Virus record (IMG/VR): IMGVR_UViG_3300013121_000043 | Length of the DNA stretch: 64,000 nt | Strand: one strand, 5' to 3' | From: an uncultured virus (IMG/VR IMGVR_UViG_3300013121_000043) | Taxonomy: Duplodnaviria; Heunggongvirae; Uroviricota; Caudoviricetes | Shown here: positions 9,623-20,300 of the stretch, piece by piece | How positions within the stretch are numbered: position 1 is the stretch's first letter | Layout of the letters: every line of letters begins with the position of its first letter | Translations under genes and position numbers: made by a program | Notes under the pieces: model-generated | Database searches by the model: none | What the model saw: the letters and a program-made list of their open reading frames with translations, nothing else | What the model was told of the DNA's origin: nothing

Positions 9623-9697
9623 TGACCTGACGTTTAGGCGTACAGACTCCAGAGAGACCGTACTCTCTGGAGTCTGTACGCGTCTGTAAGGGAGAAG

Positions 9698-10096
9698 ATG
9701 ATGGCAGTGATCTTGTTGTTCCGTGGGCGTAACACAGACGGCATCCGCGCGGATGCCGTGGCCCGGGGGTTGATTGACGAGGAACGGGACCAGGTGGTCG
9801 TCGTCTGCCGGGACGACGATCGTATGGCCCAGCCCGGGGACATCACAGTCACCCAGGCTGCCCGCCACCACACCTCGGGTGAGGTGACGCTCATTGCCAA
9901 CGGTGGGACCACGGCCCAGCTGGTCCCGTTGCTGCTGGCGGCCATGGAAAACGCGCAACGGGTGGTTGTGCACGACGTGCAGCCCGACGGTGCCACGTCC
10001 ATGGCGCACGAGACGACACCATGTCTGTGTGGCTGTGGTGAGCCGGGGCATATCCGCCTCGCCACGCATGACTGTGCCCGTCGTGTGATCTGGTAG
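9698..10096 (+). CDS. hypothetical protein
   Basis: GGGAG RBS; C-terminal CLCGCG motif. Confidence 0.7.
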   Translation: MMAVILLFRGRNTDGIRADAVARGLIDEERDQVVVVCRDDDRMAQPGDITVTQAARHHTSGEVTLIANGGTTAQLVPLLLAAMENAQRVVVHDVQPDGATSMAHETTPCLCGCGEPGHIRLATHDCARRVIW

Positions 10097-10189
10097 TTAA
10101 GGTAAGTAACTGCTGTGTAGGCAGTTACGAACAAGTTCTGCGTGCAGGCTGGCCAAACCGGTCTGTGTGCACAGGATTTTTTGAAAACC

Positions 10190-11179
10190 ATGCAAACAAA
10201 ATCAAAGCGCGGAGAGTGCGAACATCGCTCCTGGAAGCCAGGAGACCCGACAACCATGGAGCTGTTTGCAGCGAAGCGTCGGGGTATCACCAACGACGAG
10301 CGAGCAGCCTGGGCGGACAGCGAGTTCGTCGCCCGGTGGTAGGCCGGTGTGTGGGCCTGCACGGACGTGCCAGGAACGATTACCCAGCAGTACCAGGACG
10401 GGACGTTGACGGGTTTTGAACTCAGGGCCCTGGAACAACTGCTGGCCGACCTCCCCGGGGAGCAACTGAGTGCTAGGCTGACCCTGACGTGCCCGAACCG
10501 CCCCGCATCCTGGTACGAGGATATGGCTACGGCTGCCCTGGAGATCTGTCTTCGCTCGCTCCAGGAAAATAGCCCCTGGATCCAGTGGTGCGACGAGGCC
10601 TGGCGCGCGTTTTACGCGATTGGGTGTAGACACAGGGTCTACACCCACGTCCTGGGTTCCGGGTATACGGTACCGAAAGACCGTAACGTCATCGGCGTGC
10701 TGAGCCGTATGTCGCATACCGATGCGTACAACAACCTGGTCATCGGGGCGGTTCGGGCCGCGGTTCGATCAAAACCGATCCTCTTTCCGGATTCCTTCTG
10801 GGAAACCAAGACCCAGACCGACGCAGCCCCTCTGTTCGATCGCGACCGGTGTGGTGACCGGGATGTCGTGGAGGCGGGCAACGAATTGGACCACCTGGAT
10901 GGTATGGATGTCATTCTGGAGGTTCTGGACAGTGTTCCACCCGCATCGGGGAATAGAAACCCGGGCCTGCCCGGGTTTTTCAGGGATATACTACAAAGTC
11001 ATCGTGAGATGACCTGGGCGGCGATCGTGAACAAGGCGAGGAAAGGTAAGCCCGACGTCCTGATTGTGGCTTCGCGCGATATTCGGGACGCTCAGGCAAC
11101 GCGTCCCGAGCGCTACACGCGGCAGGGCCAACCTGCGGACTGGTACACCCAGCTCCGGCAGCAGGATCCCCTGAAGTAA
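10190..11179 (+). pseudogene. hypothetical gene split by an in-frame TAG, or two genes
   Basis: ORFs 10190..10342 and 10349..11179 share one frame, separated by a single TAG; no clear RBS before 10349. Confidence 0.5.
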
Positions 11180-11188
11180 CCTCTCCCT

Positions 11189-11232
11189 GAGCACCGGACA
11201 GCCAGTGCTGGCTGTCCGGTGCTCTTTTTTTT
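11189..11232 (+). terminator. intrinsic terminator
   Basis: GAGCACCGGACAGCCAG/CTGGCTGTCCGGTGCTC plus T8. Confidence 0.85.
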
Positions 11233-11251
11233 AACCCTAGAGAACACCCAT

Positions 11252-11533
11252 ATGACGAAGCTCGAACAACTCCAGCAGGCAGCCTGCCAGCTGGGACAGG
11301 TGCAGAAGCGACACAACGGTTACTGGTTGCTCTACCATGGGGATAAGTATCCCCCGGAGCACCTGGGTAGCACCACGGACCAGTGCCTGCGCCAGCTTGC
11401 CTACCTGCAAGACCTGGCCCGATTTGACGACCTGGACGAACAGTACGGCCATCCGGAATCCCCCGACCCCGAGCTCCGCGCCTGGCACGAGGAAAGGGAC
11501 TGGGAGTCCTGGTGGCAGACAGCCAAGGAGTGA
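11252..11533 (+). CDS. hypothetical protein
   Basis: ORF coupled to the next gene. Confidence 0.6.
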   Translation: MTKLEQLQQAACQLGQVQKRHNGYWLLYHGDKYPPEHLGSTTDQCLRQLAYLQDLARFDDLDEQYGHPESPDPELRAWHEERDWESWWQTAKE

Positions 11534-11535
11534 CT

Positions 11536-12315
11536 ATGCCCCGCTATTTTGTGCCGATCTCCATCCAGGAGTTTCGGCAGAAGGTGGAGACAACGCTGAG
11601 CGTGACCCAGGAGCTCCTGTCTTCGTATCAGGTCAAGACCTACCTGAAGTCTGACCTCAAGGTAAAGTTCTCGTTTGAGAACTTTGAGTACCTGGACTCG
11701 CCCATGGGACCCAGGGAGCTGATGGGTTATCACACCCTGCCCAACGGTATGACACTCCTGGGTCTCTGTGCGGGTGGGGACTGGGAGCATCCCGTCTTCT
11801 TTTGCCTGTACTGGAATGGCAAGAAGATCCGTGGCTACATTCCCACGGAGGGTAACCCCTGGAATACCGACACCAGGGAGGCGTTCGGGAACGACGAAAA
11901 GAAGGATCTCAAGAATGCGCGCAAGCGCTGGCCTGGCAGGTTCCAGGATGCCGAGTTTATTGAGCCGGATGACTTTGACTTTGACTTTGAAGCCATCCAG
12001 GCCGACATCATGGCCCGAATTACTCCTGCTCCTGGTACGACGGCCCCTACCCCTGTGCTGACACCACGGCCCAGCCTGGCCCAGAGGATCGAAGCGCTGA
12101 CGTACTACGGTACCGGCGATGAGGGGTACGAGCTATTCCAGGCCACGACCACCCTGTGTTACAAGATGACCAGCCTGGGTTTTACCGAGCAGGCCAGCAT
12201 CCTCTGTATGTGGGCCGAGGAGCAGGCGTATGCCAGCGCCGAGGAGTGGGTGCGGGAAGGACGCGACCTGGCGGACAGGTCGGACTGCGCCCAGGGTTAC
12301 TTTGGAGACAGCTGA
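11536..12315 (+). CDS. hypothetical phage protein
   Basis: AAGGAG RBS; motif CAGGDWEHPVFFCLYWNGKKIRGYIP. Confidence 0.8.
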   Translation: MPRYFVPISIQEFRQKVETTLSVTQELLSSYQVKTYLKSDLKVKFSFENFEYLDSPMGPRELMGYHTLPNGMTLLGLCAGGDWEHPVFFCLYWNGKKIRGYIPTEGNPWNTDTREAFGNDEKKDLKNARKRWPGRFQDAEFIEPDDFDFDFEAIQADIMARITPAPGTTAPTPVLTPRPSLAQRIEALTYYGTGDEGYELFQATTTLCYKMTSLGFTEQASILCMWAEEQAYASAEEWVREGRDLADRSDCAQGYFGDS

Positions 12316-12530
12316 TGGGCTATCGTCTCTACAATATTAGGCTCTCACCCAGGGGACGGACTACCAGTCTGGTCAGTCCTGATGGAGAGAACTGGTTTAC
12401 CGAGGATGGCAAGCCAGTACGTCGGGAAGATATCCACCATGACAGTCTTGCAGTGGACTTTCTGGGAGCTCTGTTCTGGGTGGGTATCCTTGCCAGTACT
12501 CTGTACGTACTGGAATGGTACTGCAAGTAG
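12315..12530 (+). CDS. small protein with a C-terminal TM helix
   Basis: TGATG overlap; FLGALFWVGILASTLYVL. Confidence 0.6.
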   Translation: MGYRLYNIRLSPRGRTTSLVSPDGENWFTEDGKPVRREDIHHDSLAVDFLGALFWVGILASTLYVLEWYCK

Positions 12531-12540
12531 GAGTGAAACC

Positions 12541-12750
12541 ATGCAACTGGGATGCCCCCTGTGCGGCAGAACGGCCGATAACTGTGTGATCTCGCTCAAC
12601 CTGAGCACGGTGACGGCTGGGGCCAAAGATTCCGACGTGGAGTTCACGTGCTCGGAATGCGAGGATCACTTTACGCTTGCCGACGTCGTGACCTTGACGG
12701 AGCAGTGGCAGCACGCCATTGTTCAGCTATGTACACTGTTGAAAAACTGA
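12541..12750 (+). CDS. zinc-finger protein
   Basis: AGGAG RBS; CPLC...CSEC. Confidence 0.7.
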   Translation: MQLGCPLCGRTADNCVISLNLSTVTAGAKDSDVEFTCSECEDHFTLADVVTLTEQWQHAIVQLCTLLKN

Positions 12751-12759
12751 GGTTCCAGC

Positions 12760-12799
12760 ACCTGAGGACTGCCCGGGAATTCCCGGGCAGTCCTCAGGT
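12760..12799. repeat. perfect 40-bp palindrome centred on GGAATTCC
   Basis: ACCTGAGGACTGCCCGGGAA|TTCCCGGGCAGTCCTCAGGT. Confidence 0.9.
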
Positions 12800-12819
12800 T
12801 TATCTTGCCAGGGGTGAGT

Positions 12820-15800
12820 ATGTTCTCTGTTGTTTTCCTGCCACGCTACCGTGGCTTGGATCCTGTGCGCGTAAGCATGCGTGTATGGGGTCGTACCTGG
12901 ACTTATGGTGTCTGGGTAGACGCCTGCTTGTACCGTGCCAGGCCAAGTTACGCGCGCTACTCTGGGACCTACTTTGGATCCGTCCGTCAGGTGTGAGCAT
13001 GATTCATGTTGCGTTTACTAGACCGGTTACGGCTCCTGGAATGCATCCACGGATGCGCGCCTGTCTGCGTATAAACACCCGTATCTGGTTGTTCGGTGTT
13101 TGGACGGAGCATGCCCTGTATCGTGCCAGGCCGGCCTATCTGCGCTACAAGCGCTACACTTACCAGCAGAGGTAAACATGCTACAACACTCCCGCCGCTA
13201 CTACCATGTGTTCTGGTGGGCGGCATTCCAGGGACCTGCGTGTAATACGCATCTATACATCCATGTAGACCTTAGCCGTCGACCACCACCCTGGCCGATC
13301 AGCTGGCACTGTGGTACCGTGACCGTGTCACGCCGGTCGCAGTCTTTTCGCTTCGTGGGCTATAGCTGTGTGCTGTCCCGAACTGAGCCACTCATTGGGT
13401 GGAGTAATGTTACACAACAGTAAGCGGTACTACTCGGACTATCTGTGGAACTGCGTGAACTTCACGCGTATATCCGGGTCCCCGCTGCCACACTATCACT
13501 GGCATCTGCCACACTATCACTGGCATCGTGGTACAGCCTACTTCGTTGAGAATGGCCGCTACACGACCTTTCAACTTCGCGTCCACTGGTTTTACAGGAC
13601 GCGACGTTACGACACCTCTACGGTCCCGGAGTTACCATGATCATTCCTGTATTTCTGCTTTACCATCCCAGGGTGCATACCTTTTCTACCAGGATGCAGC
13701 TTGGCGACTACGTCTGGACTTATGGTGTCTGGACGGACCTGGGGCGCTACCGTCTCTGGCCTGTCTACGCATGGAAGGTCAGTCACAATCCTCCGGGACC
13801 AGGACGATGATCCACCATGCATCGCGCCATCGTATCCTGGCCGGGACGGCGGTACCAGGGCCTGCCGCACGTAGTTCCTTTCTCTTTCTGATACCTTTAC
13901 GCTGGCCCGTACGCTGGCAGTTTGGTACCTGGAGCCCAGCATCTCACCCAAGGTTTTCCCGGTGCCCTGGGTACAGCTGCTTCCTGCGTCGCATTCTCAC
14001 GTCCTGATAGACACATCTGGAGTCGTCATGATTTGTCCCTTCCTGCCGATCTATTATCGCAAGCTCAAGATGGTGAGCTGTCGCTTGCGTATCAACACTT
14101 ACACCTGGGCGTACGGTGTCTGGACGGACATGGGACGCTATCGTCTCTGGCCTGTCTATTTACGACACGTCAATCCTTCTTTTGTTGGGATGCCATGATT
14201 CATCACCCCCATCGCTACCTGATACACCCACTACCCGCATGCCATGGACCCGGGACTCACGCCGGCCTGCAGTTCTACGTGACCGGCTGCTGGCAACTAC
14301 GCTGGCAGATCGGGACCGAGGTACCGGCCAACCATCCGGTGTTTTATCGATGTCCGGCCTACTGCTGCTTAACCTGGTCTGGTTGGGGAGAACGGCAATG
14401 ATTCACAATAGCAAGCGCTACGCCTGGGAAAGATTATGCAGGTGTCGTGTTTGCGACCGGGTCGGGCTACCCCCCACCACCACGGGCACCTTGTTTTTAC
14501 GAGCCGATGGTTGTTCCACGCCGCGGTTGACCTATCAGTGGTGGTACAGGACCAGGGTCTGCCTGCTTTATTTCTGACTCAAGGGAACCTTCCGGAGGAG
14601 ATCCATGCTATCGCGGCTTAATAGGTACGCCTGGGAGAAGCCCTGGGTGCGTATCACAGACTGGCCCAGAATCTGTCGTTACGGGTTATTTGGCGCCTGG
14701 CCTCACTCGGCGGCGGTCCTGCGCGCATGCAGGTATAATCGCTACCTAACTCTTTGGTATTAGTACGGGAACATACCATGGTACATGTCTGCAAGCGTGT
14801 CACAGGCCCGCGGCTAGTTGGGACGCTGACGACAACGAGATTACGTACATCCCTGTGGTATCGCGGTGTGCGCTATTATTGCGACGCCTGCGAAACAGGT
14901 CACGTCTACCCGGCTCTATTTTTCTATGTCGCCTACGGATGATGGAAGTCTACCATGATCTACCACGGCTTTACCACGAAGTGTTACCCACGTGTCTGTC
15001 CCCTGGATACGGCAGGTTATGTCCGTACGCTACGGTTCTGGCAGTACCTGCACCGGGACAGTTTGCACTACTACCGGGTGTTTCCACGTCAGTAGGACTA
15101 CCAGGAGGCAGCATGACACGTAAGCAAAGTCAGGTTCCCAAACCGTAAAGACCCACTCCCTGTACAGGATGAGTTTATGTTCTTCTACAGACTACGCTGG
15201 AGCTTCTATCGATTGCCCTGTCGTAGCACCAGAATACTGTTTCGGCACGAGGCAGGACCGCTGTATCTGCGTTACTGGGACTCAGGTGTTTGCTGTAATA
15301 TGTACGAGCTGGCTGCTCAAAGAAGGAGATGCGCAGTCGGGAGCTAGCCGTGTCTGTTGACCTTCCTCGGAATTCCGAGGAAGGTCTAATCGGTCTCTGT
15401 GGTCACCAGCATAGGCGAACAGCATGATTCACCCAGCAGCACATTACAGTCTCTACGTATGCCCAGTTGTGGTGGTACAGGCAGATACGCGTATACATGA
15501 ACAGGTAACGTATATCCTGTCCAGCGGCGTCTGGGTGGCGGAATGCCTATACAACCTTGCCCCCTATTACGGTAACCACACACCCGACGTCTTTCGTGAT
15601 CCTCGTACCTTTATTTTGAGATGACTGTGACCCCAGGCTTCTTGTTGGAGTAATACATGTGGGTTTCGATTTTCACATTGAGAGTTTCCTGGCCGGGGCT
15701 GCGTGGCCCCTGGTATTACTGTTACTTCAGCTACACTGTGGCTGGGTGCCAGTACCCCTGGGCGCTTGGCGCCTGGGTAGCTCCACACTTTAGGACCCTT

Positions 15801-15830
15801 GCCCCCTACTACCCTACGATGAAGCGATGA
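12820..15830 (+). other. micro-ORF array B (~14 ORFs)
   Basis: Starts at 12820, 12999, 13178, 13407, 13637, 13807, 14028, 14195, 14398, 14605, 14778, 14956, 15424, 15657 (MIHV, MLQHS, MLHNSK, MIHHAS, MIHNSK, MIYHG, MIHPAAHY...). Confidence 0.75.
15359..15386. repeat. perfect 28-bp palindrome centred on GGAATTCC
   Basis: GACCTTCCTCGGAA|TTCCGAGGAAGGTC. Confidence 0.9.
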
Positions 15831-15901
15831 TCCCGCCGTACATTTCAGTGTGAACTGCAGCCAGGACGTTGGTGTCCTGGCCTTTTTGTAAGGAGTTAAC
15901 T

Positions 15902-16513
15902 ATGACAACTATGACAGCATTGACGCCGGAGCAGCACGACCATGTGATGAGTTGTTATAAGTGGGCCATCAAGCTAGCTAACACATTTCAAAGGAAGTAT
16001 TCCGTGCTTCAATCACTGGACCGGGATGACCTGATCCAGGAGAGTTTACTGGCACTCTGTCGCTGTGCCCGGCAGTTCAAGGAGGAACGCGGTAAATTGA
16101 CCACGGTCACGTTCCTGGCGGTTAAGCGTCATCTGCTACGCTATAGCTGCGTGGACAGGCTGATAAAAATGCCTGCCGACGGTGTGAGCAGCGGTGAGGA
16201 GCGAGATCGAGTGATGCTCCACTACAACAAGCTAAAACAGGTCAGTCCCGACGCCCTCTATCTGATGCCAGCCCGGTCCGAGGAGGAGGAAGATGGCTGG
16301 CTGGACCACAGGCAGCTGCAGGAGGCGCTACGGGAACTCCAGCGTCAGCATCCCCTGAGGTATGAGGTACTGGAGCGGAGGCGTCAGGGGTGGTCCTACG
16401 CCATGATCGCCAACGAGTATGGCATCAAGGAAAAGCGAGCCTACCACCTGACGGTGCTCGCCATTAAGTTTATCCGGAAGTTCATCTTTACGGAGGCAAC
16501 ACAGTCTTCGTAG
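15902..16513 (+). CDS. sigma-70 family factor (alternative, regions 2 and 4)
   Basis: AAGGAG RBS; DRDDLIQESLLALCRCARQFKEERGKLTT; C-terminal GWSYAMIANEYGI HTH. Confidence 0.8.
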   Translation: MTTMTALTPEQHDHVMSCYKWAIKLANTFQRKYSVLQSLDRDDLIQESLLALCRCARQFKEERGKLTTVTFLAVKRHLLRYSCVDRLIKMPADGVSSGEERDRVMLHYNKLKQVSPDALYLMPARSEEEEDGWLDHRQLQEALRELQRQHPLRYEVLERRRQGWSYAMIANEYGIKEKRAYHLTVLAIKFIRKFIFTEATQSS

Positions 16514-16573
16514 GGTGGTAAATCCAGACTTTCTCCAAGTTTGGAGGAAGGTGTAGTTTCACAGGAGTAGTAC

Positions 16574-17104
16574 ATGACTTTTCGCGTTGTTTTGCTGCGT
16601 GACCTTACACAGCGTATGGAGCTGGCCGTGGAGGCTACCACGCCCGAGGAAGCGGAAAAGATAGCCCTGAGTTACGCCGGCCCGCACGGGTTGAATCTCA
16701 CCCTGGAGTGGGAGGACCTACAGGGTAGCTACCCTGTACGGGTGGGCGAGAAAACCATTCCGCAGGAGTGTGAGGTGTGGGATACAGTTTGCACGCTGGG
16801 ACAGTACTTGCTTGAGCGCTACCTGGCGGGTGACAAGGTCGTGCTGTTTGTGCTTGACTCAAAGTCCCAGCAGCCCGGGATTCATATCCCCGCGGGCCAC
16901 ACCTGTGGTTATGTGCCTGAAACCTATCTGAAGCTTCTGGGTGAGGCTTGTGTGGACAGAAACGAGCCTGCCGGTGACCCTGTGTGGCGTTGGAATGGCT
17001 CGGGTAGGATCGTCACGGATTGCGATGACCACACACTGGTACGCCTGGAGGCGTTTATCGACGAAGAGCTGTGGGATAAGCTCGTAGACGGCGCAAACAC
17101 GTAG
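16574..17104 (+). CDS. hypothetical protein
   Basis: AGGAG RBS; N-terminus similar to 9395. Confidence 0.7.
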   Translation: MTFRVVLLRDLTQRMELAVEATTPEEAEKIALSYAGPHGLNLTLEWEDLQGSYPVRVGEKTIPQECEVWDTVCTLGQYLLERYLAGDKVVLFVLDSKSQQPGIHIPAGHTCGYVPETYLKLLGEACVDRNEPAGDPVWRWNGSGRIVTDCDDHTLVRLEAFIDEELWDKLVDGANT

Positions 17105-17157
17105 CCAGAAATAAGAGACGCGCCCTCGATTATTGCCGGCCATATTCACACACTTCC

Positions 17158-17201
17158 AGGCCCAAAAACCCCTGAAAAATAGGGGTTTTTGGGCCTTTTT
17201 T
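17158..17201 (+). terminator. intrinsic terminator
   Basis: AGGCCCAAAAACCCCT/AGGGGTTTTTGGGCCT plus T-tract. Confidence 0.8.
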
Positions 17202-17284
17202 CGGAATAATCAGTACCATGATGATCTTTGTAATGATCTGTAACTTTATCATCTTTGTTATTTTTGTACTCATACCACACCGCC

Positions 17285-17311
17285 TAAAAACCGGGACGAT
17301 CCCTGGTAATA
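17285..17311 (+). promoter_or_regulatory. promoter motif TAAA-N16-GGTAATA heading micro-ORF array C
   Basis: TAAA aaccgggacgatccct GGTAATA, 32 nt before ATG 17344. Confidence 0.75.
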
Positions 17312-17343
17312 TTTCATGAGTAGTTTTTTACTAAGGAGAGATC

Positions 17344-20300
17344 ATGATCTACCCCGCCAGTTATTACGTGGCGCTACCACTCCGCGGCAGGTTGCGAACG
17401 TGGACGGACTCTGGATCCAGATACTACGGCTGGTGCTACGGTGTCTGTTTGCAGGAACAGCCCTATCGCTTTGCTCCCTACTATGCCGCCATGGAGAGAG
17501 GCTACAACGGATTACCCATGTACACCTAGGAGCGGTCATGATCTTTCCCAGCAGCTACCGCATGTACTTTTTGCCGCCACCCAGAAACCAGCTTCGCGTC
17601 GTCGCCGCGATGTACCTGGAAGATTACACCTGGGGCTATGGGGTCCTGGTGGTCGAGCGCTACCATAACTTCGCGCCCTACTATGGAAATCCCCAGGAGG
17701 ACAGCTGGCTCAGTCTGGGCCTACCACGCTATGTATGAGGAGCAGAAAGATGATCTTTCCGGCCAGCTATTACAAACGGAGTCGGCGACCGCTCAAGCAA
17801 AGACTGCCAGGTCTGATTATCTGCCGGGTAGCCGTGGGATACCCCCTTTGCTGTGGTGTTTGGGTGGAGGAACGTCGTCTGGACGTCGGACCTTATTATG
17901 ATCACGCGACAGTGCCACGTTACGTTTCCATGAGGTACCTATGATCCAACCCTCGGCACACGCTATTTTTTATGAGCCTCCTGTGATAGTCACAGGGCCG
18001 GACACACGCATCGCCAGGCCGGACCCGGAGTACCCTTATTACCCAATGGGTTGCGGCGTCTGGGTGGCGGAATACCGCCACGGGTATGCACCCTACTACG
18101 GTCGTCACGACTATAACGATCCTCGTACCCGTATCAGGAGATACCTGTGATCCAGCCCGCGTCGCGCTTTGTTTTCTGTAGGTTCCCGGCTGCGGTGGTA
18201 CCGTCCAGTACGAAAATTCCCAGCGAGACCATGTATGTGTGCTACTGCTGGCCCGTGGGCGTCTGGGTGTGGGACTACCGCTTTCAGTACAGTCCCTACT
18301 ACGGAATTCATGGTGGGAATTTTACCACGGATCCATTCCAGGATTATCGTACCCAGATCAGGAGATAGAACATGATTCTCTCCGCCAGTCACTACCCCTT
18401 TTCAGAGCCTCCCAACCGGGTTGTGTCCTGCACCACCTGGTTCTGGATGGAGGGGATTACGTGGCGCAGCGGCCCTCGGTTGCAGGATCTGGGCTTTGTC
18501 TGGGCACCCTACTATGGTCATACCCTCCGGCAAGGACGAGGCGGCCGGTTATCCGACTCGCGCTGTCTCGTTTTCCGAAAAAGGTACCAGAGGTAAGACA
18601 TGCTTCTTCCTTCCTGTCATTACACCTTTTCCGACGTGGTAGCAGCGAGTAGTACTATGCTACCCGGCGGACCAGGCAAGCATTACGTCTGGTGCAATGG
18701 TATCTATCTCCAGGGACAGGAGCTGTACTATGCTCCCTACTACCTGGTACACGTACGGTCGTTTCGTCGCCTCTACCTTCGGAGATAGGGCATGATTCTT
18801 TCCGCCAGTCACTATAAGTTCACAACAAAACATCCGATCATGCGCATGCGGTTTGTCCCACCCCATACCTTTCTCCTCAGCTGGTGGTGTTTCGGTGTTG
18901 TACTGACCGCGCGCCCGGATTGCTACGCACCGTATTACAACCCCAACGACCCCGAGAACAAAGGATGCGTGGACGGTCGCACCCTTATTGTGAGGCCAGC
19001 ATGATCCACCCCGCCTCGCATTATGTGTCACGGGCGTCTGCCCCAGTGCCGGTAGTCAGAAATGTACTGCGACTGACCTGCCACTACTGCTGGTCCGCGG
19101 GCGTCTGGTTACGTGATCGTTTTGTCAGCTACGCTCCCTACTACGGGAACTGGGATCCCGAGCATCCCCAGGCCGAATCCAGGACGCGTAGCGTCTAGTC
19201 AAGAGAAACCTATGGTGTTTGTGCTCAACAAGTTACATCTGAGCTGTCTGAACAGACCCTGGCACCACTGTTGCCTCCAGTCGGGATCGGCTGCCCAACC
19301 GTACCCCTGGGTGCTCGGCGTCTGGGTGGTCCCACGGCTAGGAACCATTGCTCCTTATTACCCCTCGGTGAAACGATGATTCACCCTGCTGGTTATTATG
19401 TGTGGCGTCGCCTGACCCATCAGCTGTGTAGCTGCTCGCCGGTTGTGTATGTTGACATCTATCCCTGGTTTTCCGGGACATGGCTGGTGGAGGTCAGTCA
19501 GGATTACGCGCCGTACTACCCTGCTGTCCTTAACGTGAACTCGCGGTTCTTATGAGAATCTACTCATGATCTACCCGGCAGCCCAGCAGGTGGCGGCTAC
19601 CGGGCAAGTTTACCTCCTCGCAAGAAAGGTGAGAGACCATGTTCTGGTGTTTCAACGGAAAGCGCAGTGTGCGCAGGGTTCGGATGGGAATGAGCGTGAC
19701 AGTCCACCATATCGGCTTTACCTACAACTGGTCCCTGGGCCCGTACCTGTATCGTGACAACGTGGGCTACACCCCCTACTACCCCAGTCCCTACCAGACG
19801 TCCGCGTTCTGGAGGTGGTTTGATACTTACATGCGCTGAAAAGCACAGACCGCACATCTGTTTGAAATTACCGGAGGTGGAATGATTCACCACAGCAAGC
19901 GTAACTCCCGGGAGCTTCTTTACAGAACCCGGGTGTCGGGTTGCGAGCTACAGGCCAGGATATCCGGTCGCTGGCGTTATCGCTACTATCTGTGCCGCGG
20001 CTGTTGCTTTGACGTACCGGAGTATCTGTTTCTCCTGTTTCATGCCCGTTACCGTACCTATTGGAGTTATGGTGATTCATCACAGTAAGGTCAACGGGCG
20101 TGCGCTTCTTTACAGGATTAAGGTGTCGGGCTGCGAGTTGCACGCCAGGATAGCCGGCCGTTGGCGTTATCGCTACTACCTGTATCGCGGCTGTTGGCCT
20201 GTAGACCTGTGGAGGGACTGGGGTGAATGATCTTGACGCGCTGATCAACCGCATGTCTTCACGCCAGCAACGGCTGTTCGCCTGTGCGTGCTGTCGTGAG

